From Acidimicrobiales bacterium (GTDB lineage: Bacteria > Actinomycetota > Acidimicrobiia > Acidimicrobiales > Bin134): a DNA stretch of 64,000 bases. Shown in pieces: positions 27,666-36,020 of the stretch (position 1 is the first letter of the stretch; the number at the start of each line of letters is the position of its first letter). The translations under genes were made by a program, and so were the position numbers. Location of the stretch: the NCBI GenBank assembly GCA_965208505.1, contig OZ242339.1, positions 1,331,876 to 1,395,875 on the forward strand, read 5' to 3'. The notes under the pieces were generated by a model. The model worked only from the letters and a program-made list of their open reading frames with translations, did no database searches and had not been told where the DNA came from.

Positions 27666-28279
27666 CCCGGCTCAGCGGCGAGCAGTGGTCACCAGCATCC
27701 TGGCCGACGAGCTTCAGGTGGCGCCTGATCGCCGCGGTAGTCGTTTTGGCGGCAACCGTCACTGCGATTCTTGCTTTGTCTCGCGACGGCGACATCGCTG
27801 TGGAGGTGCCGGTAGCAGCCACCGCGCAGTGGTGGCCCAAGGGGCATCCCCCCGGCGACCACGCCATCGTCCACATACCGGCCGGATTGGCGGCACTCTT
27901 CGTCCATCCCTCAGAGCTGGAGGGAACCGTGGCGGCGATCGATGTACCCGAAGGCACGCTAGTGACGGCCAAGATGCTGCGTCCCCGCGACGGCGGCGAC
28001 GACTCTCGCACCACGGCATTGATGCGGTTTAACGTCAGCTCTGAGCTGTGGCCCAACCCTGGCCCCGTCGCCGGAAGCCGCGCGGTTTTCTCCCTTGCTC
28101 CTGGCGGGTGCGCCGAGGCTCAGGTGACGTTGGTCGCCGTCGACAGCGATGGCGCGTCTGCACGGGTGACTGTGGAGGCCGCTCCCGAACTGGCCGCAGT
28201 TTTGGCCGATGAGCAGTGGTGGATTTGGGAGTCTCCTCCCGGAAATTGGCCCCAGTGCGAGCGGGAGACGATTGGCTGA
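27659..28279 (+). CDS. CpaB/RcpC-like pilus assembly protein (TM + SAF-like domain)
   Basis: GTG start overlapping the upstream stop. One TM segment (LIAAVVVLAATVTAILAL). GTVAAIDVPEGTLVTAKML resembles a SAF-domain segment. Confidence 0.5.
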   Translation: MVARLSGEQWSPASWPTSFRWRLIAAVVVLAATVTAILALSRDGDIAVEVPVAATAQWWPKGHPPGDHAIVHIPAGLAALFVHPSELEGTVAAIDVPEGTLVTAKMLRPRDGGDDSRTTALMRFNVSSELWPNPGPVAGSRAVFSLAPGGCAEAQVTLVAVDSDGASARVTVEAAPELAAVLADEQWWIWESPPGNWPQCERETIG

Positions 28280-29907
28280 TGCTGTTAGCCGTAGGAGACC
28301 GCTGGCTGAAGGCCGAGGCTGTGGAGCGGGTGTTGGACGGGGTGCTTGAGGGCATGTCCGGCTCTGCTCCTGGCGTGGTTCTCGCCAACACTCCTACCGA
28401 GGTTGACGAGGCGTCGGCCGCCGGCCATCCCACGGTGCTGTCGATGCGAGACGACGAACCAGAACTCCGCCTGGAGTCGGCGGTGGCGTCGGCCGCCGCG
28501 GTGCTGTGGATTACTGCCGCCGACAGCACCGATGCGCGCTCCCTGCTCCGCTTGGACACCGGGTCGCGCCGCGCCACGCCCATCGTGTCGGTTGTAGTGT
28601 CCGACGACCAACCCGACCTCGACCGATTTCGCCGCCAACGGGTCTTAAGCCTCTGGGTTTCCCCTGAGCCAAACCGACGCGACCAGCGCCGGCTCCTCCG
28701 AATAGGGCGCCGACTGGCCTGGACCGCGGTTGCGCCTCGCCGGCTAGACCCCTTGGACCGCGAGACCCACCTGTGGTCGGCCTCACAGGCGGCCCAGACC
28801 CGGCTAGCCGATCTGCTCGAGGAAACAGGGGTTGAGGAGTTCCAGATTAGGGGCGGAGAATGCATGATCGTACACCGAGCCGAAGGGCAGCGCGAACGTC
28901 GGAATTCGCCGTTCTCGTCCAACGATGAACTGATAGAGACGGCCCGCCACCTGGCTAGTTTCTCCGGTGGCCAGCCCCAGCGCTTCGACGTGCTCGACAG
29001 CCGGCTGGACATTCGGCTGGGCGAACGCTGGAGACTCCACGCCGAGGCATTCATGTGCCATCCCCCCACCATGGTGCTGAGATCCAACATGGCCGGAAAA
29101 GCCACCCTGCACGACCTCAATGTCGCCGCGCCAGCGCTGCAAGAGATACTGATCGCAGCGGTGTCCGGACCGGTCAGGGCCAACATCGTTGTCGCCGCTG
29201 CCATGGGCGGGGGCAAGACCACGCTTTGCCAGGCTCTACTAGCCACCGTCGACGGCTCTGAGCGGATTGATACCATCGAAGACACCCCTGAGCTCCGGTT
29301 GGCCCAATACGGCATCCACCCCAACAGTTACGAGCGACTCACTCGCGACGCCAACAACGACGGTGTGGGCAAGCTCTCGATGAGCGACCACATCCGCGAC
29401 GCCAAGCGGGCCAACTCCTCCAAACTGGTGATCGGAGAAACCCGAGGCGAGGGCACTCTGGCGCTGCTCGATGCCATGAGCAGCGGACTCAACGGCTGCC
29501 TTGTCACCCTGCACAGCCAGCCCGGTCCCGGGGTATTGGCCAAGCTGCTGTCGTACGCGTGCAGCGAGGGCGCCGACCCCCGATTCGCCCGCCAACAGAT
29601 CGCCATCGCGGTTCACCTTCTGGTCTGGATGGGGCGCAATGAGTTGGGAGAACGGGTAATTTCCGACGTCTCGCAGATCGTCAGCTACGACGACCGCCAT
29701 GACACCATCCAAACCCGGTGTCTGTGGTCTCTTCGCCCCGGCCAACGCTGGGCCATACCGGCTGGTCGGCCCCACGGCCAGATCGAGCAGCTCTACCAGT
29801 CGGTGGGAATAAACCTCCGCCCGACCAGTGACTCTCGCAGCGGCACCGACCGAGAACCAGTTGGGGCAACTTTTTCACTGATCGCCTCTCCTGCGGACAA
29901 CTCGTGA
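28279..29907 (+). CDS. tadA: TadA/CpaF-type secretion ATPase with an N-terminal receiver-like extension
   Basis: The ATG overlaps the upstream TGA. Walker A AAAMGGGKTT, Asp box IEDTPEL, Walker B KLVIGETRG and His box LVTLHSQ. The ~170-aa N-terminal part has an alternating beta/alpha pattern (MLLAVGD, VVLANTP, VLWITAA, IVSVVVSDD). Confidence 0.85.
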   Translation: MLLAVGDRWLKAEAVERVLDGVLEGMSGSAPGVVLANTPTEVDEASAAGHPTVLSMRDDEPELRLESAVASAAAVLWITAADSTDARSLLRLDTGSRRATPIVSVVVSDDQPDLDRFRRQRVLSLWVSPEPNRRDQRRLLRIGRRLAWTAVAPRRLDPLDRETHLWSASQAAQTRLADLLEETGVEEFQIRGGECMIVHRAEGQRERRNSPFSSNDELIETARHLASFSGGQPQRFDVLDSRLDIRLGERWRLHAEAFMCHPPTMVLRSNMAGKATLHDLNVAAPALQEILIAAVSGPVRANIVVAAAMGGGKTTLCQALLATVDGSERIDTIEDTPELRLAQYGIHPNSYERLTRDANNDGVGKLSMSDHIRDAKRANSSKLVIGETRGEGTLALLDAMSSGLNGCLVTLHSQPGPGVLAKLLSYACSEGADPRFARQQIAIAVHLLVWMGRNELGERVISDVSQIVSYDDRHDTIQTRCLWSLRPGQRWAIPAGRPHGQIEQLYQSVGINLRPTSDSRSGTDREPVGATFSLIASPADNS

Positions 29908-30719
29908 CCGCGCCAACCGTGGTAGCTCTGGTCGCAGGCCTCGCACTCATGGTGCTGGTCTGGTGGCCGACGTCGGCCGGAAGTCCCTCGGCGCTCCTGA
30001 TGGGCCGCATGGTGCTGGCCCAACGCCAGACATTTCGAGCCGGGTCCCTTGCCGCGGCAGCCTTGGCCGTTCTTGGATTCTTCGGCGGACAGGTGCTGGT
30101 GGGAACGACCACTGGGTTGGCGGCCATGATCTTGACCGGCGTGGGAATCTCAGCCATAGCAATTCAAGTTCGGTCGCACCGCAGCTTGCGGGAGGCCGAT
30201 GAACTGGCCCAGCTGGCCAGCGGGCTGGCCAACCAAGCCCTCGTGGCCCCAACCGTGGTGGAAGCGGTGCGCCAGGCTGCGCCGCAGATCCCCGGCCGGG
30301 TCGGTGCTGCCGCGCAGCTGATGGCCGCAGAGTGCCAGACCGGGGGCCTGGTTGAGGCAGCCAATCGGTTTGCCGCCACCATCCAGCGGCCGGTAGCCGA
30401 GATGCTGGCAACCGTTCTGTCCGAAGCGTTCCGGGGTGGGTCCCAGTGGGTGGGACTGGCTGGAGTCTTGGCCGACGAAGCCACCGAGGCGGCCGACACC
30501 GCCCGCCACTTCCACCGGTACGTGGCTGCGCTGATGCCCCAGATTGCCGTCACCGTGGTGATGGCCGTTGGAATGCTGGGCATCGCCGGTTTCGCCGCCC
30601 GAGACGTGGGTCGTTGGCTGACATCTCCGGTCGGGCAGCAGTTTCTGCTGCTGTTGGCGGTGTTGAGCACTGCGCTCTGCGCTCGAGTGCTGGCCCCGGC
30701 CTGGAAAATGAGCCGATGA
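29904..30719 (+). CDS. tadB: TadB-like (T2SS-F family) membrane protein
   Basis: Polytopic, with a central soluble helical domain. Assigned from its position after the ATPase and its 4-nt overlaps. Confidence 0.6.
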   Translation: MTAPTVVALVAGLALMVLVWWPTSAGSPSALLMGRMVLAQRQTFRAGSLAAAALAVLGFFGGQVLVGTTTGLAAMILTGVGISAIAIQVRSHRSLREADELAQLASGLANQALVAPTVVEAVRQAAPQIPGRVGAAAQLMAAECQTGGLVEAANRFAATIQRPVAEMLATVLSEAFRGGSQWVGLAGVLADEATEAADTARHFHRYVAALMPQIAVTVVMAVGMLGIAGFAARDVGRWLTSPVGQQFLLLLAVLSTALCARVLAPAWKMSR

Positions 30720-31429
30720 TTTGGGTGGTGGGTTTGTCGGGTGTGGCCGCAGTGGCAGTACTCCTGCTGGCCAAGGCCAAGACCAGCAGCCAGGCCGTGG
30801 CACATGCGGCCGCGATGGGATGGCCACCCAATCAGATCTCGACGGTCGGCCGGACTCTGGCTGCCGCCGCAACGGTGTTGGCCGGCGTTGCTGGCCTGGC
30901 GACTCTTGGATGGGCCGAGGGCCTAGCCGGGGCTGTCGTCGCGGGAACCTGGCTGCCCCGGCTGCTGCCTGCAACTATCCGGCTGCTTGCCGCGGCGGCC
31001 TACCGCAGCGAGCGAGACCAGAAGATGCTGGAGTGGATGCGCAAACTGCGGCTGTTGACCTCTGCGGGCCAACCCATCAACGCGGCGGCGGTCAACGCCG
31101 CTTTGACCGTCTCAGGCCGAGCCTTCACCTTGGCCCAAGGGGCCATAGGGGCCGCCCTCGATGCGGGCCGGGATCCGCTGCCCGCGGTCACCGCGGCTAT
31201 TGCCGGCTCGCCCGCTGAGCCGCTGTTGGCCTCGGTGGTGGCGGCAGAGCGGGCGGGGGCGGCCTCATCTGATCTATTGGACAACTCCTTGTCCCGTTCG
31301 GTTCGGACTCTGGAGTCCGAACGACGCCTGGCGATCGACCAGCTCAGCCGGGCCATCGGAACCGTGGTCACCCTGGTGGCTGCACTCGCTGGTCTGGTGG
31401 TCATGGCCGCCGTGATCTTCGTGCTCTGA
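30716..31429 (+). CDS. tadC: TadC-like (T2SS-F family) membrane protein
   Basis: ATGA overlap with tadB. MIWVVGLSGVAAVAVLLL..., a central helical domain and a C-terminal TM segment. Confidence 0.6.
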   Translation: MIWVVGLSGVAAVAVLLLAKAKTSSQAVAHAAAMGWPPNQISTVGRTLAAAATVLAGVAGLATLGWAEGLAGAVVAGTWLPRLLPATIRLLAAAAYRSERDQKMLEWMRKLRLLTSAGQPINAAAVNAALTVSGRAFTLAQGAIGAALDAGRDPLPAVTAAIAGSPAEPLLASVVAAERAGAASSDLLDNSLSRSVRTLESERRLAIDQLSRAIGTVVTLVAALAGLVVMAAVIFVL

Positions 31430-31465
31430 AGCCCGTGGGCGGCCCCTTACTCCTTGGAGAAACCA

Positions 31466-31669
31466 ATGCAATCAGCCATAGTCCAGATGATCCTGATCGT
31501 GGTCGGCATCGCGGCGGCCGCCATCGTGGCCATCATGGTCTACGCCCAGCTCAGCGACAACGCCCCCCAAAGCGGCGACAACATCGACAAATCCCGGATC
31601 ACCACCGAGGTGCTGTGCAAGGCAGTGGGCGGAACCTGGGATAGCGGCAAAACCCCCAAGTGCGCTTAG
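31466..31669 (+). CDS. Flp-like small pilin candidate without a recognisable leader peptide
   Basis: The ATG at 31466 sits 5 nt after GGAGA. MQSAIVQMILIVVGIAAAAIVAIMVY is followed by a polar tail with two Cys. No G/xxxxEY processing motif is present. Confidence 0.45.
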   Translation: MQSAIVQMILIVVGIAAAAIVAIMVYAQLSDNAPQSGDNIDKSRITTEVLCKAVGGTWDSGKTPKCA

Positions 31670-31675
31670 CCAACC

Positions 31676-32077
31676 GTGGTCTCCTCCCTAGTCGTCCTGC
31701 GCACCTCGGTGCTGGTTATGTTCTTGCTGGCCGCTGTCACTGGGCTCTACGCGCGCCACGTCACCCGGCTCTCAGCCGCGGTGGCCGCACAGTCGGCGGT
31801 GGCCGCCGCGGCTCAGGCGGCCGCCGACGCGGGCTGGCAGTGCCAAACCACTCCCCCACCCGATGCGGCAAACGCCGCGGCTCGCGCGGCACTGGACCGC
31901 ATCGACCACCTCGCGGTGCAGCCGTTGGCTGTGGAGGTGTTCGCCGATGCCTGCAACTTGTTCGCCGCGGTCACCGCCGCCCCCCTGAACACCCGAGCCT
32001 CATTGCTGCACACCACTGCTACTGCCTGTCGCTCAGCGGCAAGCGCCGCCACCCTCAGTGTTCCCGGATCGTGTTGA
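31676..32077 (+). CDS. TadE/Rv3654c-Rv3655c-like pseudopilin-like protein
   Basis: N-terminal TM segment followed by the Ala-rich AAQSAVAAAAQAAADAG...C pattern recalled from the actinobacterial 'helicase/secretion neighbourhood TadE-like' family. Confidence 0.5.
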   Translation: MVSSLVVLRTSVLVMFLLAAVTGLYARHVTRLSAAVAAQSAVAAAAQAAADAGWQCQTTPPPDAANAAARAALDRIDHLAVQPLAVEVFADACNLFAAVTAAPLNTRASLLHTTATACRSAASAATLSVPGSC

Positions 32078-32087
32078 GGGCTGCCCC

Positions 32088-32507
32088 GTGAGCGATGCCA
32101 TCTCCTTTCTGCTGATCCTGCCCGCGCTGGCACTCGGGGTGGTAGTGCTCGACGCCGCCGGAACGCTGGGTACGGCGCGATATCGAACATCGACCTATGC
32201 CGAGACAGCCTCTGCTCTTGCCGCGGAGACCCTGACCAACTCTCCCGGTCCCGGCTCTGACCCGTCGGCTCGAACCCGGTGGGCTGAGGTTGCTGCCACG
32301 GTTGAGCAGTCGGGTCTAGCTGCTACTGCCGGGGTCTGCGATCAGGCCAACGCTGCGTTCAACATCGATTTGGTCTCCCAGCCTCGAGCTCAAGGCGACC
32401 CCAGCGCATCCCCATCAGTGGCAGTCGTGGTCAGCTGCCCGGTTGAGTTGAGCAGGTTGCTCAGCACGACGCGGATTATTGTCGCCGGCGTGGAGCCCGT
32501 GGGGTAG
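32088..32507 (+). CDS. TadE-like protein
   Basis: GTG at 32088 (or 32058). VSDAISFLLILPALALGVVVL resembles the TadE N-terminal domain. Confidence 0.5.
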   Translation: MSDAISFLLILPALALGVVVLDAAGTLGTARYRTSTYAETASALAAETLTNSPGPGSDPSARTRWAEVAATVEQSGLAATAGVCDQANAAFNIDLVSQPRAQGDPSASPSVAVVVSCPVELSRLLSTTRIIVAGVEPVG

Positions 32508-32511
32508 TGCC

Positions 32512-32883
32512 ATGCACACCCCGATCGTCTTGTTGTCACTGGGCTTGGCGGTGGCCGTGGCCACCGGAGCGCTGGCTGATCACGGAGAATTGATCACCAG
32601 CCACAATCTGGGAGTCGAGAGGGCCGAACGGGCCGCAGCGGCATTCGTTCGCAGCTGCGGCAGCCAGGGCTGTGATCAGAGCATCGTCAACACCACTCGC
32701 CTCGACGGCACTGTCTTGGCCGGTTGCGTCCGACAGGCTGAAGGGGGCTCCGTTCTCCAAGTGGATACCCGCGTCCCCTGGACTCCTCGAGTGTTCACCG
32801 GCCTCACCCCCGCCCGCGGCATGGTCGCCGTCGACCTCGGGGGATTCAGCGTGCCTGCAATTGCCGTCTTGCATCCATGCTGA
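32512..32883 (+). CDS. TadE/TadG-like small exported protein
   Basis: The ATG at 32512 gives MHTPIVLLSLGLAVAVATGALA. It is the last gene of the co-directional string. Confidence 0.4.
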   Translation: MHTPIVLLSLGLAVAVATGALADHGELITSHNLGVERAERAAAAFVRSCGSQGCDQSIVNTTRLDGTVLAGCVRQAEGGSVLQVDTRVPWTPRVFTGLTPARGMVAVDLGGFSVPAIAVLHPC

Positions 32884-32947
32884 AGAATCACCATGAAGCC
32901 CAGTAGCAGTTCTGTAAGCAAGCGCTGATGCGGTAGCGTGACCGCCG

Positions 32948-34294
32948 GTGTCTCGCAGGATAGAAATAGAGCTGACCAGCCAGCGGCCCGATGGCTCATG
33001 GACATGGAGAGCAGCAGGGGCGCGCGAGCCCAAGGGCGAGTTGGCCGGCGACCTGATCGCCTTCGCCGCCAGCGTGGGAGACGAGCTGACCGTCGAAGCC
33101 GAGTTCCACATGGACGGCATTGAGATAATCGAGGCATTCGAGTCGAAGAAAAGACGGCCCTTGCCGGAGACGCTGGAGATCCTGGGCTCTGGTCGGGATC
33201 AACCTTTGGTCACGACCCAATTGGTTGCCAAGCGCAAAGGCCGGGAACGAGACCGCGGCGACCGCCGGGGCCGGGAAGAACACCGCAGCCGGGGTGACAA
33301 CAAAGACCATGAGGGCAGGGAGTCCCGCCGTGAGGACGACCGTCCCAAGGCCAAGAGATTGCGCCCCGGCCGGACGCACCGCCAGTCGATTATCGACGGC
33401 TTGTCGGAGGACCAGAAATCGGTAGCGGAGAAGATTGCGCGCGACGGTGTCAGCTCGGTTGAGCAAGCTCTGCGGGATAAGCGCAAAAAAGCCCGAGACG
33501 CTGCCGCGGCCAAAAAGAAGGCGGCCGAATCGACTGCCAAGGATCCCGACCCCACGCCTACCGAGCCAGGAACCCCCCCAGCGGAACAAGCCGAGACCAA
33601 GCTCGCCGACAAGCAGCCAGCCGACAAAGAACCAGCCAAGACCAAGCCCGCCGACAAGCAGCCAGCCGACAAAGAACCAGCCGACGACTTTTTGAGCGCG
33701 GCCGCCAAGTTGCTCCCCCGGATGCGGGCCGCCGAGTGGCGGGACCGGGTCGAAGCTGCGCTGGCTGGCATCGACGAGGTCGACCTGCGCGATCTCCGTT
33801 CCGTCGTTGTCGCCGCGGAAACCGGGGCAGTAGACGACGAGGCCAAAACGCTGGCCGAAGAACTGCGCGCCAAGCTCAGCGAGAGGGTCGACCGGGAGCA
33901 CGCCGAATGGCTGGCCGAAGTGGCGGCAACGCTGGCCGATGGGCGCATGGTCCGAGCGTTGCGGCTCAGTTCCCGCCCCCCTAAGGCCGGTGTGCCGCTC
34001 CCCCAGGACATCGTTACCCGGCTCACCGAAGCGGCCAGCGCGGCGCTGACCAGCGACACCCCGTCGAAGCGCTGGACCACAGTGCTGGGCGCTGTGGCGT
34101 TCTCGCCGGTGCGGCGGACCGTGCAGCCCCAGGGAGTCCCAGAGAACCCCGATAAGGAACTGCTGGCCGAAGTCACCAAGCTCTCTGAGCGAGTACCCCA
34201 CATCGCCGCCCTTTTCGGAGTGGAGCCCACACCACCTCCCAAGCGGGGTCGCCGAGGCGCCGGCGCTCCTAGAGCATCTAGGACATCTACCTAG
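32948..34294 (+). CDS. Highly charged hypothetical protein with Lys/Pro/Ala/Asp repeats
   Basis: 448 aa. The N-terminal domain is MSRRIEIELTSQRPDGSWTWRAAGAREPKGE. An Arg/Asp/Glu-rich region and a 45-nt in-frame duplication (ADKQPADKEPA) follow. Confidence 0.6.
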   Translation: MSRRIEIELTSQRPDGSWTWRAAGAREPKGELAGDLIAFAASVGDELTVEAEFHMDGIEIIEAFESKKRRPLPETLEILGSGRDQPLVTTQLVAKRKGRERDRGDRRGREEHRSRGDNKDHEGRESRREDDRPKAKRLRPGRTHRQSIIDGLSEDQKSVAEKIARDGVSSVEQALRDKRKKARDAAAAKKKAAESTAKDPDPTPTEPGTPPAEQAETKLADKQPADKEPAKTKPADKQPADKEPADDFLSAAAKLLPRMRAAEWRDRVEAALAGIDEVDLRDLRSVVVAAETGAVDDEAKTLAEELRAKLSERVDREHAEWLAEVAATLADGRMVRALRLSSRPPKAGVPLPQDIVTRLTEAASAALTSDTPSKRWTTVLGAVAFSPVRRTVQPQGVPENPDKELLAEVTKLSERVPHIAALFGVEPTPPPKRGRRGAGAPRASRTST

Positions 34295-34685
34295 AAATCA
34301 CCTCGTGGTCGGTCAAGAACTGGAGCAGACCGTCCACTAAGTCCCACTTCTCTAGATCTTCTATAGCCACCCATTGGGCATCGGAGGCGTCGGTGTCGGC
34401 CTTCGGTGCCGCGTCAGACGGCACTGTGACCCAGAAGTCCACCACCACATAGTGGCGCCGGCGGCCGATGAGCTCGGTCCAACCCACGGCCTCGCCCACC
34501 TTCCCTTCCAAACCGGTTTCCTCCTGCAACTCCCGGCGAACTGCTTGGACCAGGGTTTCCCCTCGCTGCACCCGTCCTCCAGGCACCGACCACAGCCCCT
34601 CCCCCGGCGGCGTGCCGCGGCGGATGAGCAGAATGTCGCCGTCGCGTACCGCCACAGCACCCACACACAGTTCCGGCCCACTCAT
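34287..34685 (-). CDS. NUDIX hydrolase
   Basis: Nudix box GGRVQRGETLVQAVRRELQEETGL. The ATG at 34685 is chosen because the track start at 34826 overlaps the GNAT gene. Confidence 0.85.
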   Translation of the reverse strand: MSGPELCVGAVAVRDGDILLIRRGTPPGEGLWSVPGGRVQRGETLVQAVRRELQEETGLEGKVGEAVGWTELIGRRRHYVVVDFWVTVPSDAAPKADTDASDAQWVAIEDLEKWDLVDGLLQFLTDHEVISR

Positions 34686-34690
34686 GGCCC

Positions 34691-35173
34691 TTATTCGGAA
34701 TCGAGCCGAGTGTGGACGATCAGCGCATGGGCCGTCATCTTGAACGTCTCGAAGAAGTTCTTGGCTTCGCGGTGGCCTGGCAGCACGAAGGCGTCTATTG
34801 CCACCAACTGCTGCTCTTGAGCCCACTGCTTCATGGCGTTGAAGACCGATTCTCCTACTCCCACCGATCGGGCTTCGGGAGTGACGAACAGCTCTTCAAT
34901 CCGGGCAATTGGCGAACTGTCGAGGCGGACAAGCCGACGGGCCCATCCGTACCCCACCACTTCATCCTCCCAGACCCCGGCAACCAAAGCGTGCCCTGGG
35001 TCCGCCATAAGCCGCGTGAAATGATCCTCCAGCGGCTCAGCAGCGGCCTCTGTGGCCAGCCAGCGTTCTCCCCCTCGATACTGTTGAGCCTCGTGGCGAG
35101 CCTCGCGGGCCAAACCGGCCACGACACCGATGTCCTCGGTACGGGCTGGTCGGGCTGTGCCCAGTTTTGCCAC
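34691..35173 (-). CDS. GNAT-family N-acetyltransferase
   Basis: EELFVTPEARSVGVGESVF carries an acetyl-CoA-binding (R/Q)xxGxG-type motif. Length is 160 aa. Confidence 0.85.
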   Translation of the reverse strand: MAKLGTARPARTEDIGVVAGLAREARHEAQQYRGGERWLATEAAAEPLEDHFTRLMADPGHALVAGVWEDEVVGYGWARRLVRLDSSPIARIEELFVTPEARSVGVGESVFNAMKQWAQEQQLVAIDAFVLPGHREAKNFFETFKMTAHALIVHTRLDSE

Positions 35174-35176
35174 CGC

Positions 35177-35452
35177 TCAGCCCGGCTTCGGATCGGCTGA
35201 GTCGTGGCTGGACACGGGCGGCTTCGAAGAATGGCCCAGGGCCATACGACCGAGCAAACGGGCCGCTTCCATGTGACGGCGTCCCTTTGACGCCAACTCT
35301 GACGGAGGTGTGTCCGCTGAGAGCAGCAGACCCATGGGAGCATAGAGGACGGCATCAAGTAGCCGATCAAGCGCCTCCCGAGAGGAATCGCCGTCATCGG
35401 TCGAGCTCACAGCCGGGCCAACGAGGGACAGGGCTCTTCCCCCGAGGGACAA
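35177..35452 (-). CDS. Small hypothetical protein (resembles the actinobacterial 'lipid droplet-associated protein' family)
   Basis: AVLYAPMGLLL...ELASKGRRHMEAARLLGRMAL pattern recalled from memory. The 5' end overlaps the DUF4193 gene by 46 nt, so the start is uncertain. Confidence 0.3.
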   Translation of the reverse strand: MSLGGRALSLVGPAVSSTDDGDSSREALDRLLDAVLYAPMGLLLSADTPPSELASKGRRHMEAARLLGRMALGHSSKPPVSSHDSADPKPG

Positions 35453-35904
35453 CGGGGATTGTCACGGGGTCCGAATTGACTGGAGCTGACGATCAGAAAA
35501 CATCCCTCGCAGGTCCACTCGTTGTCACGCTTGGGCGCGACTTGGCCTGAGGCTTCAGGAGACGGGTCGGGGGTCTCCTCATCCTCATCCTCATCGTCAC
35601 CGGCAGCTAGGCGATCCTTCAAGATCGTGTCGAGATCGGCCTCCACATTGTCGGGGTCGATGTCCTCAGCGTCGCTGTCCTCGTCTTCGGACATGGTCGC
35701 ATTGCGAACCGGTCCGTTCTTGTCGTCTTCTTCTTCTTCCTTGTCCAGTTCCTCGTCGTCAAGATCATCGTCGAGGTCGTCATCTCCTAGGACGTCCTCG
35801 AATTTGTCGTCGATGTCCTCGGCGATGTCCTCGCTGAGGACATCGATCTCACTTTCGTCGAACTCTTCGTCCGCAACTTCTTCGTGTTCCTCAGGGTCTG
35901 TCAT
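35407..35904 (-). CDS. DUF4193-family protein
   Basis: Extremely acidic N-terminal two-thirds, with a C-terminal EWTCEGCFLIVSSSQFG...RCPSGEEPCP Cys motif. Confidence 0.7.
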   Translation of the reverse strand: MTDPEEHEEVADEEFDESEIDVLSEDIAEDIDDKFEDVLGDDDLDDDLDDEELDKEEEEDDKNGPVRNATMSEDEDSDAEDIDPDNVEADLDTILKDRLAAGDDEDEDEETPDPSPEASGQVAPKRDNEWTCEGCFLIVSSSQFGPRDNPRCPSGEEPCPSLARL

Positions 35905-36020
35905 TCTCCCCTGCTACCTCCTCAGGCAAACCGATCAGCGCGGATCATAGACACCCTCGCCCCCGCGATGTGCGGACTTAGCGGTTCAATCTTCCTTTTG
36001 TTCAATTGTGCGCCTTAGGT

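Noticed and set aside
28035-29324. A long minus-strand ORF (429 aa) antisense to the CpaB-like and TadA genes. Similar long antisense or off-frame ORFs occur elsewhere, for example 32996..34201(-), 33199..34242(-), 10046..11035(-), 30150..30974(-), 38980..40095(+), 53452..55089(+), 63084..63953(-) and 45425..46369(+).
   Set aside because: Their composition is Arg/Pro/Gly/Ser/Ala-rich low complexity, typical of non-coding frames in GC-rich DNA. Each is fully overlapped by a motif-bearing gene on the other strand or frame.
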